Position numbers and translations under genes: made by a program. A stretch of DNA of 64,000 nt from positions 95,170,001 through 95,234,000 of the forward strand of contig OX597823.1 in NCBI GenBank assembly GCA_951406725.2, in the 5' to 3' direction. The notes beneath the pieces were generated by a model that was not told where the DNA came from, ran no database searches, and saw only the letters and a program-made list of their open reading frames with translations. This document shows positions 60,497-64,000 of this stretch, one piece after another. Numbering within the stretch: the first letter of the stretch is position 1; every line of letters starts with the position of its first letter. The DNA is from Octopus vulgaris (taxonomy: Eukaryota).

Positions 60497-61260
60497 TTAT
60501 ATTCCATCCCGTAAAGAATGCCATGAACCTCCAAAATGAACATTGCTGCATCTCTTCTGAAACAAGTGTAAAACTTGTGGTTGTTTTAGCTGCTCTGCAT
60601 CAATGTTCTTTGGTACTCGTATACCTGCACTACGAATCTTCTTCCGGACCCTGAACTTGAACTTGGCCCTCACCATTTTGTAACCAGTATCACAATCAGC
60701 ACCTCGCAATACTCTGAGACTGCACAATTCTTGTAAGTCAGCTTTCCGAGTTAATACAAAATCAATCATGTGACCTTGCTTTGACCTTGGTAACTTTATG
60801 TTTCATCTTATGATGAAAGAAAGTATTACCAATACTGAACCCTAGCTCAGAGCACATTTGTATCAGATGCAACCCGTTTTTGTCCACCTTTCCTATTCCA
60901 TAACGCCTAAATACATTGCAAGCACCATTGTCTCAATCAAGACGTACAATAAAAATCACCAAGTTCAACCAACTTCTCATTCAAAGGGACTGACAGAATA
61001 CTTCTTCTAAGCTCCTCATAAAATGCATGGATATTTTCCTCCCTAGTTGAAAGTGTAGGAGCACAAATAGAGAAAGCAGTTACAAAACGTCCACAAGAAA
61101 GAGGGAACCGGAGTTTCATCACTTCTAATTGCAAACCCAACACCACCTTCCATTTTCTCTCCCTTCGGCTTCCCAACCCAGAATAATGTGAAACCCGCCG
61201 CTCTTTCGACAGGATGAATAATGATCAGCAATGCATCAATTTTATCAGGGAGGATATAAA
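60497..61260 (-). mobile_element. RTE-like LINE APE endonuclease fragment
   Basis: [10 protein letters not shown]...GGVGFAI, APTL, LGDF, IDFVL..GADCDT. Confidence 0.75.
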
Positions 61261-61421
61261 CAACAGTGCTCATCATATAGACATTTTGACAGATATAAGA
61301 AACCGCAGAAAATGTGACGTATATGTATATATACATACCCGCACACACACACACACATATACACATATGTATATGTATATATCTATATATCTATATCTAT
61401 ATCTATATATATATCTATCTA

Positions 61422-61497
<76 letters not shown>

Positions 61498-61547
61498 CAC
61501 AAACATATACATATGTATATATGTTTATATATATCCATATGTATATG

Positions 61548-61578
<31 letters not shown>

Positions 61579-61850
61579 GTGTGTGTGTATATATATATAT
61601 GTATATATATATGTATATCCATATGTATGCATGATTGTATATATATATATATATGTATATATGTATATATATGTATGTATATGAATATATATATGTATAT
61701 ATATGTGTGTTTATATATATATATATATATGTATATGTATATATATTTATAAATATATATTTATATATATATGTATATATATGTGTGCATGTGTATATAT
61801 ATGTATATATATATATGTGTGCGTGTGTATATGTGTATATATATATGTGT

Positions 61851-61887
<37 letters not shown>

Positions 61888-62674
61888 GGGAGAACTAAGA
61901 AGATGGAAATGCTTAGTGAGCTTTAATATGGCAAAAAGCAAAGCAAATATGAACTGGTTTCGGCCATTTAAGACGAGCTTTTCCTGCTGGAATAAAATGG
62001 AAAGAAAAATTGAAATACATGGAATTTAACTTTCAAAATATCACCACTTTTACAAAGTGGCCATCACCACCAACTGGCAGCATTCTGAAGGACTCGAAAT
62101 ACAGCACCATGTAGTTTTTTCTAATAAAAAGATATGAGCTTCCAGATGTGATATTTTGAACGTTTAATTTAATCTATTTCGAATTTTAATGATTATAAGG
62201 GCATCTATTTACTTCAGTCATGTCTGTGTATATATAATTTAAATACATATACATAGATACATAGATACACGTTCATAGACACCTACATAGATATAGGGGC
62301 AAGTGTATTAAATACAAAAATTACAAATAAAATGCATTCAGCCATTGAGGTAGACTGTGTATCTATATACATTATGCCCCCCCACACACACACGCTCACA
62401 CTCACACGCTCACACACACACATACACTTTATCTCCTTGTCTTTTCTTTCCCCTTCTCCTCCCAGACAACACCCAATCTCAAACTCTGGTCTTTCACTCA
62501 CATTCCGCCCCTTCTCCCCATACCACCACTTACACTGAAACAGATATTCTCACTTGCACACCTGATACAAATATTACATGTATGAAATGAGATACAGATA
62601 CTCACAAACAGGCGCAGACACATTTAGAAATTGCTTGAAGCAGACGACACATTTGTTCTGAGAGGTTGTTCACC

Positions 62675-62817
62675 ATGGACTACGAAGAAGTGATTGGGAC
62701 AATTGGAGGATGTGGACTTTATCAGAAACTGATGCTAGCTTTCCTCTTCTCTTCAACCATTATGGATGGTTTACAAGTTGGAAGCATGGTTTTTATTGTA
62801 CCTGACTTAGATTACAG
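62675..62817 (+). CDS. SLC22: Exon 1 of a second, divergently oriented SLC22 paralog (gene B); the rest lies beyond the window
   Basis: 137 of 143 nt identical to gene A exon 1, same CACCATGG context and AG|GTAAG donor. Encodes MDYEEVIGTIGGCGLYQKLMLAFLFSSTIMDGLQVGSMVFIVPDLDYR. Confidence 0.9.
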
Positions 62818-64000
62818 GTAAGCTTATAATAATGATTTCTTCTTATTATTATTATGTAGTCCAGGTAGGTGGTTGAAATGGTTGTGCTTCAAAACAAAAA
62901 TTACTTGAGACATTTTTTCTTCTATTGTTTGGGGTTAAACACCTTTCTCACTCCAACACCCATATCATGGGTTTACGTACCTGAAATCTTTACACTTGAT
63001 TTCATCGACCTTTTGAGATAACCCCTGTATATTCTCTGCCCATAATTCAAGGAAGGGCCATGAGGGCAGAGTCCTCAGGTGCCTCACCGATATGATCCTA
63101 TCAGAAGCAACTTACTAAATCTCCTTCCCTGGTACCTAGTCATAGACTTGAAGAGGGAGGCTCAACAAGGAGATTACCCTACAATTAGAGCCCTCTCTTT
63201 TGTCTCCCTTTTTTAAAACTCTTTCAGACACCAATCAATATATTACTAAGGATGTAGTGTCATTGATTTAATCAAGGGTACTCTCATCCCTTATTCCAGA
63301 ATTCCTGATTTTTATTTTTCTGTCTTTTACTTGTTTCAATCATTGGACTGCAGCCATTGGCTTTCAATTTCTGGGGTCAAGTACTGGGATTTAAGCCCCT
63401 AACCCTCAAATTTCTGTGCCTTTTGTTAGAATCGATTATTATTTGGTTTGTGGTTTCGCAGAATTCTTAGGGAACTGGACAAAATAATTTGTGGTATTTA
63501 GTTACAGTTGCTTACATTCTGAGTTCAAACGCCATCAAAGTCACCTTTACCTTTCATTCTTTATAGGGACAACAGAATGAAATTTTTGGCTTTGACTTTC
63601 TTCCCCTATTTTGGTGGGGAGGGGCGATAAAATGAGTAGCAGTTGAGAACGGTGGGGGAATGGTGGGCGGTGTCAATGTAATCGACTCATCCCCTCCCCT
63701 GAAATTGCAGGCCTTGTGCCAGAACTTGAAACCAATATTATACTGGGTCTGGTTTAACAGAGTAATCCCCTCTCTCCCGTGAATTTACATCATTGTCCCT
63801 TCGTTAGAAATGATTGAATATTATTTAATTATTGACTAGGGATGCTGAACTTCTGGTTCTTTACACTGTGGGATGAAATCCCACTTTGGTCTACGTTGTC
63901 TTTCACTCTTCAGGCGTCAACGACAAAATATTATTCCATTCACATACAGGGGTCAATGCCCAACCCCGAAATTTGATGTTTTTTTCTATTCTAGAAACAA

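Overview
Eukaryotic, AT-rich, microsatellite- and transposon-dense DNA. The SINE, R4/Dong and Penelope repeat content suggests an octopod cephalopod, which is an inference. Most of the window is one complete 10-exon SLC22 (organic cation/carnitine transporter-like, MFS) gene on the minus strand: ATG at 49254, stop at 2813, 1662 nt or 553 aa, all intron phases consistent. Exon 1 of a head-to-head paralog starts at 62675 on the plus strand, produced by an inverted duplication. Introns and the intergenic region hold decayed R4/Dong LINEs in (TAA)n tracts, RTE-like LINEs, Penelope-like fragments, mariner/Tc1, MULE, a Helitron and tRNA-derived SINEs. The most striking signal is non-coding. Intron 1 contains a 474-bp tandem array that flips into an inverted array (39801-42305), and each complete unit carries a type I hammerhead ribozyme motif, giving a retrozyme-like structure. 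Several other small elements, mostly (TA)n-embedded fold-backs, also carry hammerhead-like cores, and the 3-8 core pair co-varies between families (C-G, U-A, G-C). All calls were read by eye. Ribozyme activity and repeat family names are unverified.
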